DNA from: a virus
Taxonomy: Duplodnaviria; Caudoviricetes
DNA length: 56,878 bases
IMG/VR virus record: IMGVR_UViG_3300029981_000015
Location: 1-56,878 of that record
Reading direction: 5' to 3' (one strand)
Shown here: in pieces, positions 29,922 to 40,330 of the stretch
Layout: every line of letters begins with the position of its first letter
How positions within the stretch are numbered: position 1 is the first letter of the stretch
The notes under the pieces: generated by a model
Seen by the model: the letters and a program-made list of their open reading frames with translations, nothing else
Database searches by the model: none
What the model was told of the DNA's origin: nothing
Translations under genes and position numbers: made by a program

Positions 29922-31856
29922 TTATTCTTCTTCTGACTGTATATTGCTGTAACTAGTAGATGCATTTGTTTTACCGAATTTTACATTAGCATCATGAGCC
30001 AATATAGAATTTGCAATTGTATTGGAAGTAGGGTTATTTAAATCTACTGAAGACATATAGGATGGTATTGGTATATATTTCTTTTTAACACTAGTTTGGA
30101 TAGCATTTTCTGCATCATATGTATTGTCTTTTGTAACGATCTCTTGAGATCCGTATAGCTTCTTAAGAATCATTGCCTCGTTTGGTGTTAATGCTTCTTC
30201 TGGTACATAGTAAACAGATTTAGCATTTGCTTTATTCCCATCAATAACAGCAGAACCAGAAGGAACAGAAAATCCTCTATTCTCGTATTTACCACTAGCA
30301 ACATTTGATATGAATCCAGATAATACCGGAGCCATTTGCCTTCTAAAATTAGGATCTTTTATTCTTGATGTCATTTCATTAAGTATATCTCCTCTATCAT
30401 CACTTCCGTGGTTTGTTCTGAGTTTTAATCTAGATACCGGCCCAGTAAATCCTTCTAGTGAGCCACCAGCAGTAGGAAGAACCTGTATCTTTTTGCCATA
30501 ATTAGCCTCAGAATAAGCATTACTTACCTGGTAAGGCATTTCAACAGTATTAAGTGAAGCAATATGTTCTTTAGACCATACATTACTTTTACCAGCTCTA
30601 GCCAGGTTCTCCTCTCTCTGAACAACAGCATTGAACGCTGGCATAGAATTGTTCATATCGTTGTTATTCTTACTTATAGAAGCATTTAATGCACTTATAC
30701 TCTTATCAATATTATTAGTAGGGGCTCCTGCGGCTTGAGCTGCAGCACGTTGACTCTGTAGGTTCTGCAATTGTCTTGAATTATCATCATTCTTCATTGA
30801 TGACATCATAAATGAAGCGGCTCCTGGACCAAAAATCTGAGATGCCCTATTAAATCTTTCGTTTGGATCTTTTATTCCTGCTAACCTAGATGTTACTACA
30901 TTCCTAAAATCATTTCCTTTATCTGCACTTGCACCAATTATCTTATCAGTTAAGTAATTCTCAACAATGTTGTTCTTCTCAATAACTTGTTGTTTTTGTG
31001 CAAGAGTTTGAGCATGATATAATCTAGTTTCAGTGTCTCTTCTAGCATCAGCAGCAGCTTGGTCGTATTCATATTTAGCCCCTTTAGTTGCATCCATCTT
31101 TGTTTTGGCTATCATATCTTTAGCATACAAAGTTTTCCAATTTGGATTAACTACTGGCTGTTTAGTTGTTGGATCGATAGTGGAGTATTTACTCATATCC
31201 ACTCTTCCTTCTTGGACGTCTTTATCGATTAACATATTAACCTGAGGATTAGAACTTATTTCATTTGATTTCTCATTAACCACTTGATTAATATCATTTG
31301 GATCTATTTTCATTACCCTATAACCTCCTTTAGTGCCAACATATCTAGGTGTTATATCAGAAGTAAACTGATCTCCAGTCTTTTCCCACCCAACGTAATC
31401 CATTGGAGATCCAGTATATTCACCACTCTTAGACGAATCATAGCTTTTAAACTTATCAGCATAGGTATCTCCCCATTGAGGATCTACCTTAGTGGCAGCT
31501 TGTTTAAGCGAGTCTCTTGAGTTTATAAGGGTTTTAGCTAAAGGGCTTCCTGCTATCCTTCTTGTTAAAGATGAAAGTTTACCTAATACAGTAGGATTAG
31601 TCAAGTCGTAATTACTTTTAACGTTTTCATCTACTACCTTTTGAATTGGATCTGAGACTTGACTTTTCCATGTAGCATTATCTACAGCAGACAAAGACCC
31701 GAGAGATTGATTCTCAGATAACTTATCTAAAAGGGCAGTTCCAGTGTCCATATCTTTCTGCGCCTTATCGGCCATTTTATATAAACCATCAAACTGTATA
31801 GGCACATATGTATTAATAAATTGAGCCTGTGCTGGGCTATCGTATAAGTTTACCAT
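29922..31856 (-). CDS. Virion cargo/ejection protein
   Basis: 644 aa with N-terminal MVNLYD...TYVP and helical Q/A/N-rich composition. Lies between the cargo gene and the RNAP gene. Confidence 0.6.
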   Translation of the reverse strand: MVNLYDSPAQAQFINTYVPIQFDGLYKMADKAQKDMDTGTALLDKLSENQSLGSLSAVDNATWKSQVSDPIQKVVDENVKSNYDLTNPTVLGKLSSLTRRIAGSPLAKTLINSRDSLKQAATKVDPQWGDTYADKFKSYDSSKSGEYTGSPMDYVGWEKTGDQFTSDITPRYVGTKGGYRVMKIDPNDINQVVNEKSNEISSNPQVNMLIDKDVQEGRVDMSKYSTIDPTTKQPVVNPNWKTLYAKDMIAKTKMDATKGAKYEYDQAAADARRDTETRLYHAQTLAQKQQVIEKNNIVENYLTDKIIGASADKGNDFRNVVTSRLAGIKDPNERFNRASQIFGPGAASFMMSSMKNDDNSRQLQNLQSQRAAAQAAGAPTNNIDKSISALNASISKNNNDMNNSMPAFNAVVQREENLARAGKSNVWSKEHIASLNTVEMPYQVSNAYSEANYGKKIQVLPTAGGSLEGFTGPVSRLKLRTNHGSDDRGDILNEMTSRIKDPNFRRQMAPVLSGFISNVASGKYENRGFSVPSGSAVIDGNKANAKSVYYVPEEALTPNEAMILKKLYGSQEIVTKDNTYDAENAIQTSVKKKYIPIPSYMSSVDLNNPTSNTIANSILAHDANVKFGKTNASTSYSNIQSEEE

Positions 31857-31858
31857 TA

Positions 31859-33943
31859 TTATTTAGTATATTGACTTATTAATGATTGTAGATATGCTTT
31901 TTGCTCTGGACTAACTGCAGAAGAATATGCTTGCCATATATTGCTATTTAATACGTCAGCCTTCTTCTGATTACCCATTAATTGATTTACTTGTGCATAT
32001 TGGCTTAACATTTCTGCATTTTTAGATCCAAATGTTCTAGCAGCGGCTCTATTTCTAGCGTTAACATCATATATTCTCTTGTCCTCTGCGGTATTAGTTG
32101 CAACGTTCTGATTATATCTATTTGCATAATCTTCTCTATATCCAGCATTTGCAAGTTGAGCCTTACCCATTAATCCAGACAATTGATCACTACCTCTAGA
32201 ATATGCATCTGCTCCATAAGCCATATTAGCTCCTGTACCAGTATTTATAGATGCATTAGCATATCTGGACATTTGACGTTGTTTAGTACTCTCTGCAAGC
32301 TCTGGAGCTATGTTATATCGTTGATTAGGGTTCATATAATCTTGATACATTGGAGAGGCTACCTCAGGACTTGAGTTCCTGGCATTATATGCAATAGGAG
32401 CCAATGACATTAATTTGTTTCCAATAGAATTAAAATCTATCTTACTCGGAGCATTTGGATTTAATTTATCCTGGGTTGTCTTTATATTATTAATATATGA
32501 TTGGTCAATTTGAGTCTTTGCATCTTGCGCATTAACTGCAGGAGCAGAAGTAGTTTGTTGCTCCTGCAGTACGGTAGCAGGTGAATCTCCAATCCTATAT
32601 TTATCAGCTTGAGATTTACTAAGAGGTATTTTATATTTACCAGCCTGATATCCAGTAGAACTACCAACTTTGTATTTTGGATCTTGCTTATTTATCTCCC
32701 CAGCATAATAACCAGCCAAAGATTGATCTAACGAACCATTTAATGTTCCAAAATTATATTTACCGCCCCAAGTTTTTGTAGCTAAATCATTTAAATATGG
32801 AACAGCATTTTTCGCCATGGTCTCTCCAGTTCTAATTGGAACTTTAGTATATACCACCTCTCCAGTTATTGGATCTACTGGCTGGGTAGTACTTATTTCT
32901 GATCCAAGTTTATTTAATCTATCATTAGTAGCAGTATCTACAATTCCATTATCATAACCAGGTAAATTACCTTGACTTTGCTGTGGATTTACAAGGGCGT
33001 TAAATTTATTCAAATTATTTGCTTGTTTCTGTATATTACTTTGATTTAGTTTTGCAGTCAATTGATCTAATCGACTTAATTTTCTATCTCCATCTTTCGG
33101 ATTTAGTATTTTATCATTTATCTTTTGCATCTTTTCAGTTCTTGCAATTATATCCGCAGGAGTACTTCTCCCTCCTGGTAATGTTTGTGATTTTTTATTT
33201 GAAAATACAGAACTACCTTCAGTTAAATTAGCAGGTATAACATCTGGATTAGTAGTACTATATTGTCCAGGCACTGTAGAAACTCTACCTGTCTGTCCAT
33301 CCATAATGCCTTCTTGACCAGCAACCATGGCATTTGGCTGATTAGGATTTTGTTGATTAGACTTAAATCTTACCGTGCCTTTATTTAAACCAGGGACTCT
33401 ATCGTTTGCAAAGTTTCTTAAATTATATTGAGCATTTACATTTCCAGAGACATCTTGATTTGCAGATAAAGTAGTATTTATGGCTTCTTTTCTTTGCGCC
33501 ATTTCTTGTTTCTTTTGAGCATCAGCAGCGTTAAAAAATCCGTATATACCACCAGCCACGGCACCTACACCAGCCCCTATAGGACCCAATGCAGCACCCA
33601 TAGACGCTCCCTGACCAGCAGAACTTAACATATCTCCAGCATAACTACCAACAGAACTAGCGTCATCATTTTTAAGCATACTTCCAACACCAGTAGCAAT
33701 ATTACCGACTCCACCTAAAGTAGCATTAGAAATGCCTATAGTCTGTTTAGGAGCCCCTATACTAGTGGCAGTACCAGATGCCAATTTACTAGCGCCTAGA
33801 GTTAAATTAGGACCAGAAGTTGGAGTGGCGCCAGTAAGTCCATATGCTTGCTGATTTAAATACTCTGGTACCAACCCATCGGCAAATTTAGGTAATTTCT
33901 TTTTAGAAGCAAACATAGGCTTCACTTTCATCTTCTTATTCAT
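31859..33943 (-). CDS. Cargo protein 1-like ejection protein with Gly-rich membrane segment
   Basis: 694 aa. GASMGAALGPIGAGVGAVAGGIYGFF hydrophobic Gly-zipper and repeated LPKFADG/VPGLNKG/LPGYDNG motifs. Immediately after the muzzle genes. Confidence 0.65.
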   Translation of the reverse strand: MNKKMKVKPMFASKKKLPKFADGLVPEYLNQQAYGLTGATPTSGPNLTLGASKLASGTATSIGAPKQTIGISNATLGGVGNIATGVGSMLKNDDASSVGSYAGDMLSSAGQGASMGAALGPIGAGVGAVAGGIYGFFNAADAQKKQEMAQRKEAINTTLSANQDVSGNVNAQYNLRNFANDRVPGLNKGTVRFKSNQQNPNQPNAMVAGQEGIMDGQTGRVSTVPGQYSTTNPDVIPANLTEGSSVFSNKKSQTLPGGRSTPADIIARTEKMQKINDKILNPKDGDRKLSRLDQLTAKLNQSNIQKQANNLNKFNALVNPQQSQGNLPGYDNGIVDTATNDRLNKLGSEISTTQPVDPITGEVVYTKVPIRTGETMAKNAVPYLNDLATKTWGGKYNFGTLNGSLDQSLAGYYAGEINKQDPKYKVGSSTGYQAGKYKIPLSKSQADKYRIGDSPATVLQEQQTTSAPAVNAQDAKTQIDQSYINNIKTTQDKLNPNAPSKIDFNSIGNKLMSLAPIAYNARNSSPEVASPMYQDYMNPNQRYNIAPELAESTKQRQMSRYANASINTGTGANMAYGADAYSRGSDQLSGLMGKAQLANAGYREDYANRYNQNVATNTAEDKRIYDVNARNRAAARTFGSKNAEMLSQYAQVNQLMGNQKKADVLNSNIWQAYSSAVSPEQKAYLQSLISQYTK

Positions 33944-33944
33944 A

Positions 33945-34997
33945 TTATATCATTGAATGTCTATATTTTGTTTCTATAAATGGAAGAACAAACATCTTCC
34001 CACTATTGTTTTGAAATGAGTAATCACTTATTAGATACTTTCCTCTCATTCTGTCTGCAAATTTACCAGGAACTTGGATTGTAGTCTCTATTGGATCTAA
34101 AGACGACCATGGAACATTAACCCCAACATCTACTTTAGCTACACATATAAGTTTTTTTGAATCAGTAGTATATCCATAATCTTCTGGAAGAAATATATAT
34201 CCTATTACCCACCCAGAATATATCTCATAACCAACAACATATGCACTAGGACCATTTGGGACGTTTACATATATTATCGGTCTAACTCTAGTCTGATTTG
34301 ATGCTTGTTTATTTATCCATCCAGTAGATGTATATGCAGACGATATATCTCTTTCGGAAGAGGTTAGGTATATCAAATTTCTATCTAGCCCCAATAACGA
34401 AGAATTTGACATGATAGCATTCATATCTCCTAACGTTGGAAGTTTACCTGAATTACCACTTGATATATAATTTCTACATAAATTAGCTGCTATAGCATTA
34501 GATCCTAGTACAGTAGATATATACAATGTATTAAGATATGCATATCCAATCTCGCCTCTAGTGGTTCCTATTAATGTGGGAACAACTGGTGTTGATACAG
34601 TTTCTGATTCAGTTGTTGTATTCCTAGGAATAGCAAATTTGTATGAATCCTCTCGTATATCTATAGATGAAGTTTCTATAGAAAGGCTATTTTGAGTTAA
34701 CGTATAGAACTTATGTAGTTGAACCATTAAAGAAATATTATCCCCAGAATATTCGACATTATCAAATGTTTTTGTAAGTGGGTAATTTTCATTAACTACT
34801 AATCTAAAAAATGATCTATCAGGATATGTAGTTGAAGATAATTTATTATATATAATATTTGAATTATGTAATAGCATATCCCCATTGGCGTCTATAGAGT
34901 AGTACTTATCTTTAAAGTCTAGATACCAAGATGGTTTTGATGATAAGAATGACATAAAAGACTGAGTAATCTCAGAGTAATTTAAAGTATTTAACAT
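33945..34997 (-). CDS. Muzzle (tail stabilisation) protein C-terminal part with inserted DUF1566-like domain
   Basis: Starts TLNYSEITQSFMSF and has KTFDNVEY, REDSYKFAIPR and DRMRGKYL motifs typical of crAss tail-stabilisation C-termini. TAATG overlap with the upstream ORF. Confidence 0.7.
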   Translation of the reverse strand: MLNTLNYSEITQSFMSFLSSKPSWYLDFKDKYYSIDANGDMLLHNSNIIYNKLSSTTYPDRSFFRLVVNENYPLTKTFDNVEYSGDNISLMVQLHKFYTLTQNSLSIETSSIDIREDSYKFAIPRNTTTESETVSTPVVPTLIGTTRGEIGYAYLNTLYISTVLGSNAIAANLCRNYISSGNSGKLPTLGDMNAIMSNSSLLGLDRNLIYLTSSERDISSAYTSTGWINKQASNQTRVRPIIYVNVPNGPSAYVVGYEIYSGWVIGYIFLPEDYGYTTDSKKLICVAKVDVGVNVPWSSLDPIETTIQVPGKFADRMRGKYLISDYSFQNNSGKMFVLPFIETKYRHSMI

Positions 34998-37900
34998 TAT
35001 CTTATATTGTCGACCCCTGTAAGTCCATTTAAAGTTATTATCATCTCATTATACTTTTTGTCAAATATCATAGGAATTTTATTTGAAATATTAGACTTAT
35101 TACTATTAAGTACGGTTTGTATTCCTTTTGCTTTAGATAATGGAGTTATAGAAGAACCATAAATACATATTTCAGCTCTTTCTATATCCATCCAATATAA
35201 TCCAGACTCAGAATCAGAAATCCCACATATCATATCTTTTTTCATTCCATTTGATGTTGATATGTAATCAAACCTACTTAATACACCACCAGACCCTAAA
35301 GTCAATGTGCTTATATTATTATCTTTTATTAACGCTCTTTCATTTACAGATAATACTCCAAATGAATTCTTTTGCCAAAAAAATAGCTTATTATCAAATT
35401 TTCTTATACCTGTAATTTCGCCATATTGGGTATCTACATCTATATAATTAGCAACTTGAAATTTAGACCAACTATCGTATATTTCGTCATTAGTTTTTGC
35501 CCCAGAATACCATACTCTACAATCGAATATTTTATTATCTTCAGTTACTAATAGTTTTGATTCAAAACCAATACCAGTCATATCAGCCGAATATGCTGAA
35601 TTATATGAATACTGTGGAAGCTGTTGAGTAATTTTCCATTCACTCCCTTGGCTTGCTCCAGGAGAATAGACTCCAGGTTCTCTTTGTATTGCAAAATTAT
35701 TATCAGACGCGATATAGGATTTAGAGTTAACTAAATGTAAGTTTATTGATGATTCAACAGGTATTAAGGCTCCTATATGTTTTACTTGATTTTCTATCAT
35801 AGGGTGTCTACCTTTTGTATCAGATCCATAACTATCACAATAAGGGTCAGTAGCCATAACAAGTGTATAGTCAAAAAGACCTATGAATGTGTCTCCACCA
35901 AATACTAGTTTTTCTATACTAGCCCCAGTATTGTCGAATGATACTCCAGTTGATATATATTCAGTAAATTGTCTATCTACTAATGATGAACCTCCATATA
36001 TATAGTCATTCATCACCTTCAAGTTAACAATGAATGTACTTAGCGCAGAAGACCCTATTCGGTCTAACGACTTATATCCATCATAAAGAGCACCGGAAGT
36101 ATATTTTTTTCTAGTTTGGTTTATGTCAGTAATTGTTGGAAACTGTTCTGAAACTTCTAAATTAAGGATAATAGCGCTCCCATGAGGACCGCCAACCTTT
36201 GTCATTCCACTAGGACCAGTAATAGTGTCATTTTGGCTAGGTTCTCCCTCATTACCAGTAGTAAGGGGTTTAGCCCAATTAAGATACTGTGATCCACCAG
36301 AACTGACATATTGAGCACCAGAAATCTTTTCTATTGGAAGGCCAGACGCAATATCACCTGAATATTCAAATGACTTAATCTTTTTAGTCAATAGAGTAGA
36401 GGCGGTAGATTTATTGATATTTAATCCAGAATACGTAAATGCAGTATAATCAAGTAAACTATTACTATTTTGGTATACTAATGATATGGTGTCAGAAGTA
36501 TTTAATTTAGTACCAGAGTACCTATTAAAATATTTAAATGTCATTCCACTAACTCCTGCGTCATTGGCATCATCAATAGTTATTAGGGCCTTATCGTGTG
36601 ATGTATTTGTAATATCATATACAAATCCATTCTTAAAACAATATGTGGATCCGCTAACATACCTTAGAACCCCTCCTATTGATAAAAATGCTCTTTTAAA
36701 TGGTTCATTAAAATAACCAATAGTTGGATATTTAATATCAGTTCTAGTGGCATCTACATTTTGTAAGTATTGCGTAGCAGAACTGGAGTTGGATACTAGT
36801 CTATAATTAGCGCCAACTAAGCCCATACTCATAAATACCGAATGATCATTTATGGTAATTCCAGTGGTGTATAATCTTTTGTTTATATCAGCTCCAAAAT
36901 ACATCGCAGATGGATAATATTTATGAGATGAATCATCAACTAAATAGAACTGTAACCTATTATGATCAGGATGTCCAAAATAGGAACTACCTGTAACATT
37001 TATTCCCATGCCAACAACAGGAGGAGTGGATACTGGATATATTATATCAACTATATCTGCATCAATAGCCCCAGATACTTTCCTTAATTGTTCAGTAAAA
37101 TCTACCCCATAATAAGACGTTTCTGGATTTATAAATAAAACGTCGCTCTTGTTATAGAAATATGGAGATATTGCATGATCAGTATAATTAGGTAATATTC
37201 TACCCAGATCACTGTTAACATAATATCTGTTATCATCAAAATCATGCCAATCTTCTATCCAAGCATCTGGTAAATTTGTACTAACAGATGGAGTGTGTAA
37301 CTTTTTCTGCGATCTACCAATACCAGTAATAGATAACGCATACCCCATTGATAGTACTGGATGAGGACGAAGTGTATTCACAAGTCCACCTGCAATTATA
37401 TTGGCTACATTGCCATCATGGTCTTGTTGATATTCCGCTCTATAAGTACCAGTCTTCTGTATTGCGCCTTGAGCATATATAGTCTTATTGTTTATATCTC
37501 TTTTTGCTCTTACTATTTCTACCTTTTTTATATCGCTAGGTAAATTTCTAAGTACAAATTTAACTCCAAGCGGTTTTACCAATAGCTCTTGATCGTTTAA
37601 AAAAGTATTAGAATATACAGTAGAATTTGATTCTGCAGGGGTTTCAAATATACTAGAGTTCCAACTAGATGATTCTATATATCCAGCTGGGAATCTTATA
37701 TCGGCTATCCATTTAGCAGGAGATTTTCTTCCTTTTGCATCATAGAATACACATGCAAATCTATATATCTCATCTCTTTGGTATGATGTTAAGTTGTTAG
37801 ACAAATATGGATTAGAATAATTTAAAAATCCATTATGAATAGGTATATTTAAATCGGTTAAATTAATATCTGTTGTTACGCCAGAACTATCAACTGTAGT

Positions 37901-40330
37901 TAATTTAGATATACTACGTTTTTTATCTCCTATCCTAGCAGTCCTTTGATCTATATACTTATCGCCATCAGAGGCCCAGGCACCATTAGTATTTTTTTTA
38001 TTATAATAATCTCCATAAGACTCTATAAAGTATGTATTAGCAAACTTATAATCTATATTTAACCCAGTTCCACCTAAATTACCATATCTATCATATATAT
38101 ATAGTAAATCAGAATATCTATCTTCACTATAAATTTCTTTATGTATACAATCATGTGTCTCTGGAACTAAATTTAAAGTATCAACAGATAATGACAATGT
38201 TCCTCCAGCCGAATCATATAATAAAGCGGTCTTACTAGAATTAAACTGATATGATCTAGTATCGTATTTAGATATTGGAATATCCCATGTATCTTCAGTT
38301 GTATTTGCAGCAAATAGTATGTTATCTTTACTTTCTATATATGTAGGCTTAAAAACATTTCCACCTATAAGATTAAACTCTGCTTGAGTTAACTCGCCAA
38401 GAGCACTAGTGCCACCATCTTCTACAAATACCTTATTGTTAAATACAGATGTAGTTATATCAGTTTCTTTTACTATAGTTATTGTCGGTACATCAGAATA
38501 ATTATAATAGTATAAAGATATTAATTTTAATTTTGTAAACTGGCTCCCTGTTGGTATGTCTATAGACACTTTAACAGATTTACCAGTTGGTTTTCCATAT
38601 ATCTCTCCTAATCCAGTACCAAGATAACTAATACTATAATCAGACTGTTCGCTCTCTGTCAAATGGACTACTGGACTAGATGGACTTAATTCAGTTTCTC
38701 CTCCAGATGGACTATATAGTTGATAGAAATATTGTATTAATCCAGCATTTAATCGTCCAGCCCCTATGGAAGTAATAGATGGCGCAGGAAGACTAGAAGA
38801 TGGAACTATATCAAACATAGTTTCATTTTCTATTAATGCATTTTTAGAGTCATTACTTTCTGCAATATTTATAACCCTAGTAAAATTAGACCCATCTGCC
38901 CAGTATACTTTAATATTATCAAAATCTTCATATCTACCAACTATACTTATTGGTGCGTCTTCTGGAATATCAAAGTCTACACCATTTGGGTTGACTACAT
39001 TTTTAAATATTGGTGTAGTATTATTAGTAAATGTGACTCTATATATTTTAAATGATTTTTCAATATTATCTGAGAATTCATAATATATATATAAATTATC
39101 AGCATCTACATATGATGCAGTAACAGTGGTGTCATATACTCCATTTGTGGACTGAATAAACACTTGTCTGTTTTGACCAGCAGGTATTAAATGAGATGGG
39201 GCATTTACATTTATCTTTCCATCTAGAGCCTTTGTAAAACTTAATATTTCAACCTCTCTGTTAAATATTATATCAGTATAATTACCATTAAAGTATAATG
39301 TAGTATTATTAACAAACGTCATAGATTTCACCCCATTATACTTTCCAGAAGTAGAGTTAAATATAACTCCAGTAACATTTCTAGTTGTGTTTAAAGGAGT
39401 TTCAAGAGTTATTTTTATTGTATTTGCAACAGAACCAGATGATATACTAAGTACATTCGAAGTGAACGCTAACTGTTCTGGGACTATGTCATAGTGCCAT
39501 GTAACTATGTCTGGCTCAGTAACTAGAGATGGACCTGAATCAAGTCCAGTTAACTCATATCTAAAATACTGAGTAGCTCCCTTATATCTTATAGTGAGAG
39601 GATCTGCATTTGGATCCCAATTTTCACCCCCATTTTCATCACATGGTATTCCATTGTTTTTAAATTCAAATGAAAGAACTTCAATACTAAGCACACTAAG
39701 CGTTGTATTGAACGTCTTAGTTAAATCTATTACTAATGTATCTAATGTGGCGTTAGTAGTATATGTAGGGGTATCTGGACCAATAATCGGGCTTAATTCA
39801 TCTGTCGTACTATCATTATAGGTAACTCGTATACTGATAGTCATATTCCTAGGAATAAGATCACTAAACCCACAAATAACTCTTTCTGGAGATTCGTTAT
39901 TTACATGAACCGTATCCACGTGAAAATAATTAGGAGTTAAATCTATAGGCGATGGAGTAACTCTAGAATCCTCTACATAAACTGATTGCTGTGGTATATG
40001 TGGTATAGATATAGTTGCTGGATCATTATCATCTATATACTGATACGACAAGGTACCCACTACGACTTTTGGAAATTTAGTAAATACAACGCCAATATCT
40101 CTAATTGTAGATGTTGCTATGATCTCTTCTCCAGCAGAAAATATACTCTGAGTGTTAAGTAACTCAGTAGAACCTTCTATGTTGGTTATAGAACCAGTAG
40201 TAGCATTGTTATTGGTTACCGTTCTGATATTCTCAGCATATCTATATTGAGTACTTTTTAATAGACTCTTATCGGTATCTAGGTTCATTCCAGCACCAAA
40301 TGTATTTATTTGAGATTTATTAGTACCCAT
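34997..40330 (-). CDS. Muzzle / tail stabilisation protein, N-terminal part
   Basis: INTFGAGMNLD...YRYAENIR start, KVYWADG, SYQRDEIYRFACVFY, FGGDTFI and DVDTQYGEIT beta-propeller-like motifs. ORF open from 40360; MGTNK at 40330 is the likely start. Confidence 0.8.
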   Translation of the reverse strand: MGTNKSQINTFGAGMNLDTDKSLLKSTQYRYAENIRTVTNNNATTGSITNIEGSTELLNTQSIFSAGEEIIATSTIRDIGVVFTKFPKVVVGTLSYQYIDDNDPATISIPHIPQQSVYVEDSRVTPSPIDLTPNYFHVDTVHVNNESPERVICGFSDLIPRNMTISIRVTYNDSTTDELSPIIGPDTPTYTTNATLDTLVIDLTKTFNTTLSVLSIEVLSFEFKNNGIPCDENGGENWDPNADPLTIRYKGATQYFRYELTGLDSGPSLVTEPDIVTWHYDIVPEQLAFTSNVLSISSGSVANTIKITLETPLNTTRNVTGVIFNSTSGKYNGVKSMTFVNNTTLYFNGNYTDIIFNREVEILSFTKALDGKINVNAPSHLIPAGQNRQVFIQSTNGVYDTTVTASYVDADNLYIYYEFSDNIEKSFKIYRVTFTNNTTPIFKNVVNPNGVDFDIPEDAPISIVGRYEDFDNIKVYWADGSNFTRVINIAESNDSKNALIENETMFDIVPSSSLPAPSITSIGAGRLNAGLIQYFYQLYSPSGGETELSPSSPVVHLTESEQSDYSISYLGTGLGEIYGKPTGKSVKVSIDIPTGSQFTKLKLISLYYYNYSDVPTITIVKETDITTSVFNNKVFVEDGGTSALGELTQAEFNLIGGNVFKPTYIESKDNILFAANTTEDTWDIPISKYDTRSYQFNSSKTALLYDSAGGTLSLSVDTLNLVPETHDCIHKEIYSEDRYSDLLYIYDRYGNLGGTGLNIDYKFANTYFIESYGDYYNKKNTNGAWASDGDKYIDQRTARIGDKKRSISKLTTVDSSGVTTDINLTDLNIPIHNGFLNYSNPYLSNNLTSYQRDEIYRFACVFYDAKGRKSPAKWIADIRFPAGYIESSSWNSSIFETPAESNSTVYSNTFLNDQELLVKPLGVKFVLRNLPSDIKKVEIVRAKRDINNKTIYAQGAIQKTGTYRAEYQQDHDGNVANIIAGGLVNTLRPHPVLSMGYALSITGIGRSQKKLHTPSVSTNLPDAWIEDWHDFDDNRYYVNSDLGRILPNYTDHAISPYFYNKSDVLFINPETSYYGVDFTEQLRKVSGAIDADIVDIIYPVSTPPVVGMGINVTGSSYFGHPDHNRLQFYLVDDSSHKYYPSAMYFGADINKRLYTTGITINDHSVFMSMGLVGANYRLVSNSSSATQYLQNVDATRTDIKYPTIGYFNEPFKRAFLSIGGVLRYVSGSTYCFKNGFVYDITNTSHDKALITIDDANDAGVSGMTFKYFNRYSGTKLNTSDTISLVYQNSNSLLDYTAFTYSGLNINKSTASTLLTKKIKSFEYSGDIASGLPIEKISGAQYVSSGGSQYLNWAKPLTTGNEGEPSQNDTITGPSGMTKVGGPHGSAIILNLEVSEQFPTITDINQTRKKYTSGALYDGYKSLDRIGSSALSTFIVNLKVMNDYIYGGSSLVDRQFTEYISTGVSFDNTGASIEKLVFGGDTFIGLFDYTLVMATDPYCDSYGSDTKGRHPMIENQVKHIGALIPVESSINLHLVNSKSYIASDNNFAIQREPGVYSPGASQGSEWKITQQLPQYSYNSAYSADMTGIGFESKLLVTEDNKIFDCRVWYSGAKTNDEIYDSWSKFQVANYIDVDTQYGEITGIRKFDNKLFFWQKNSFGVLSVNERALIKDNNISTLTLGSGGVLSRFDYISTSNGMKKDMICGISDSESGLYWMDIERAEICIYGSSITPLSKAKGIQTVLNSNKSNISNKIPMIFDKKYNEMIITLNGLTGVDNIR

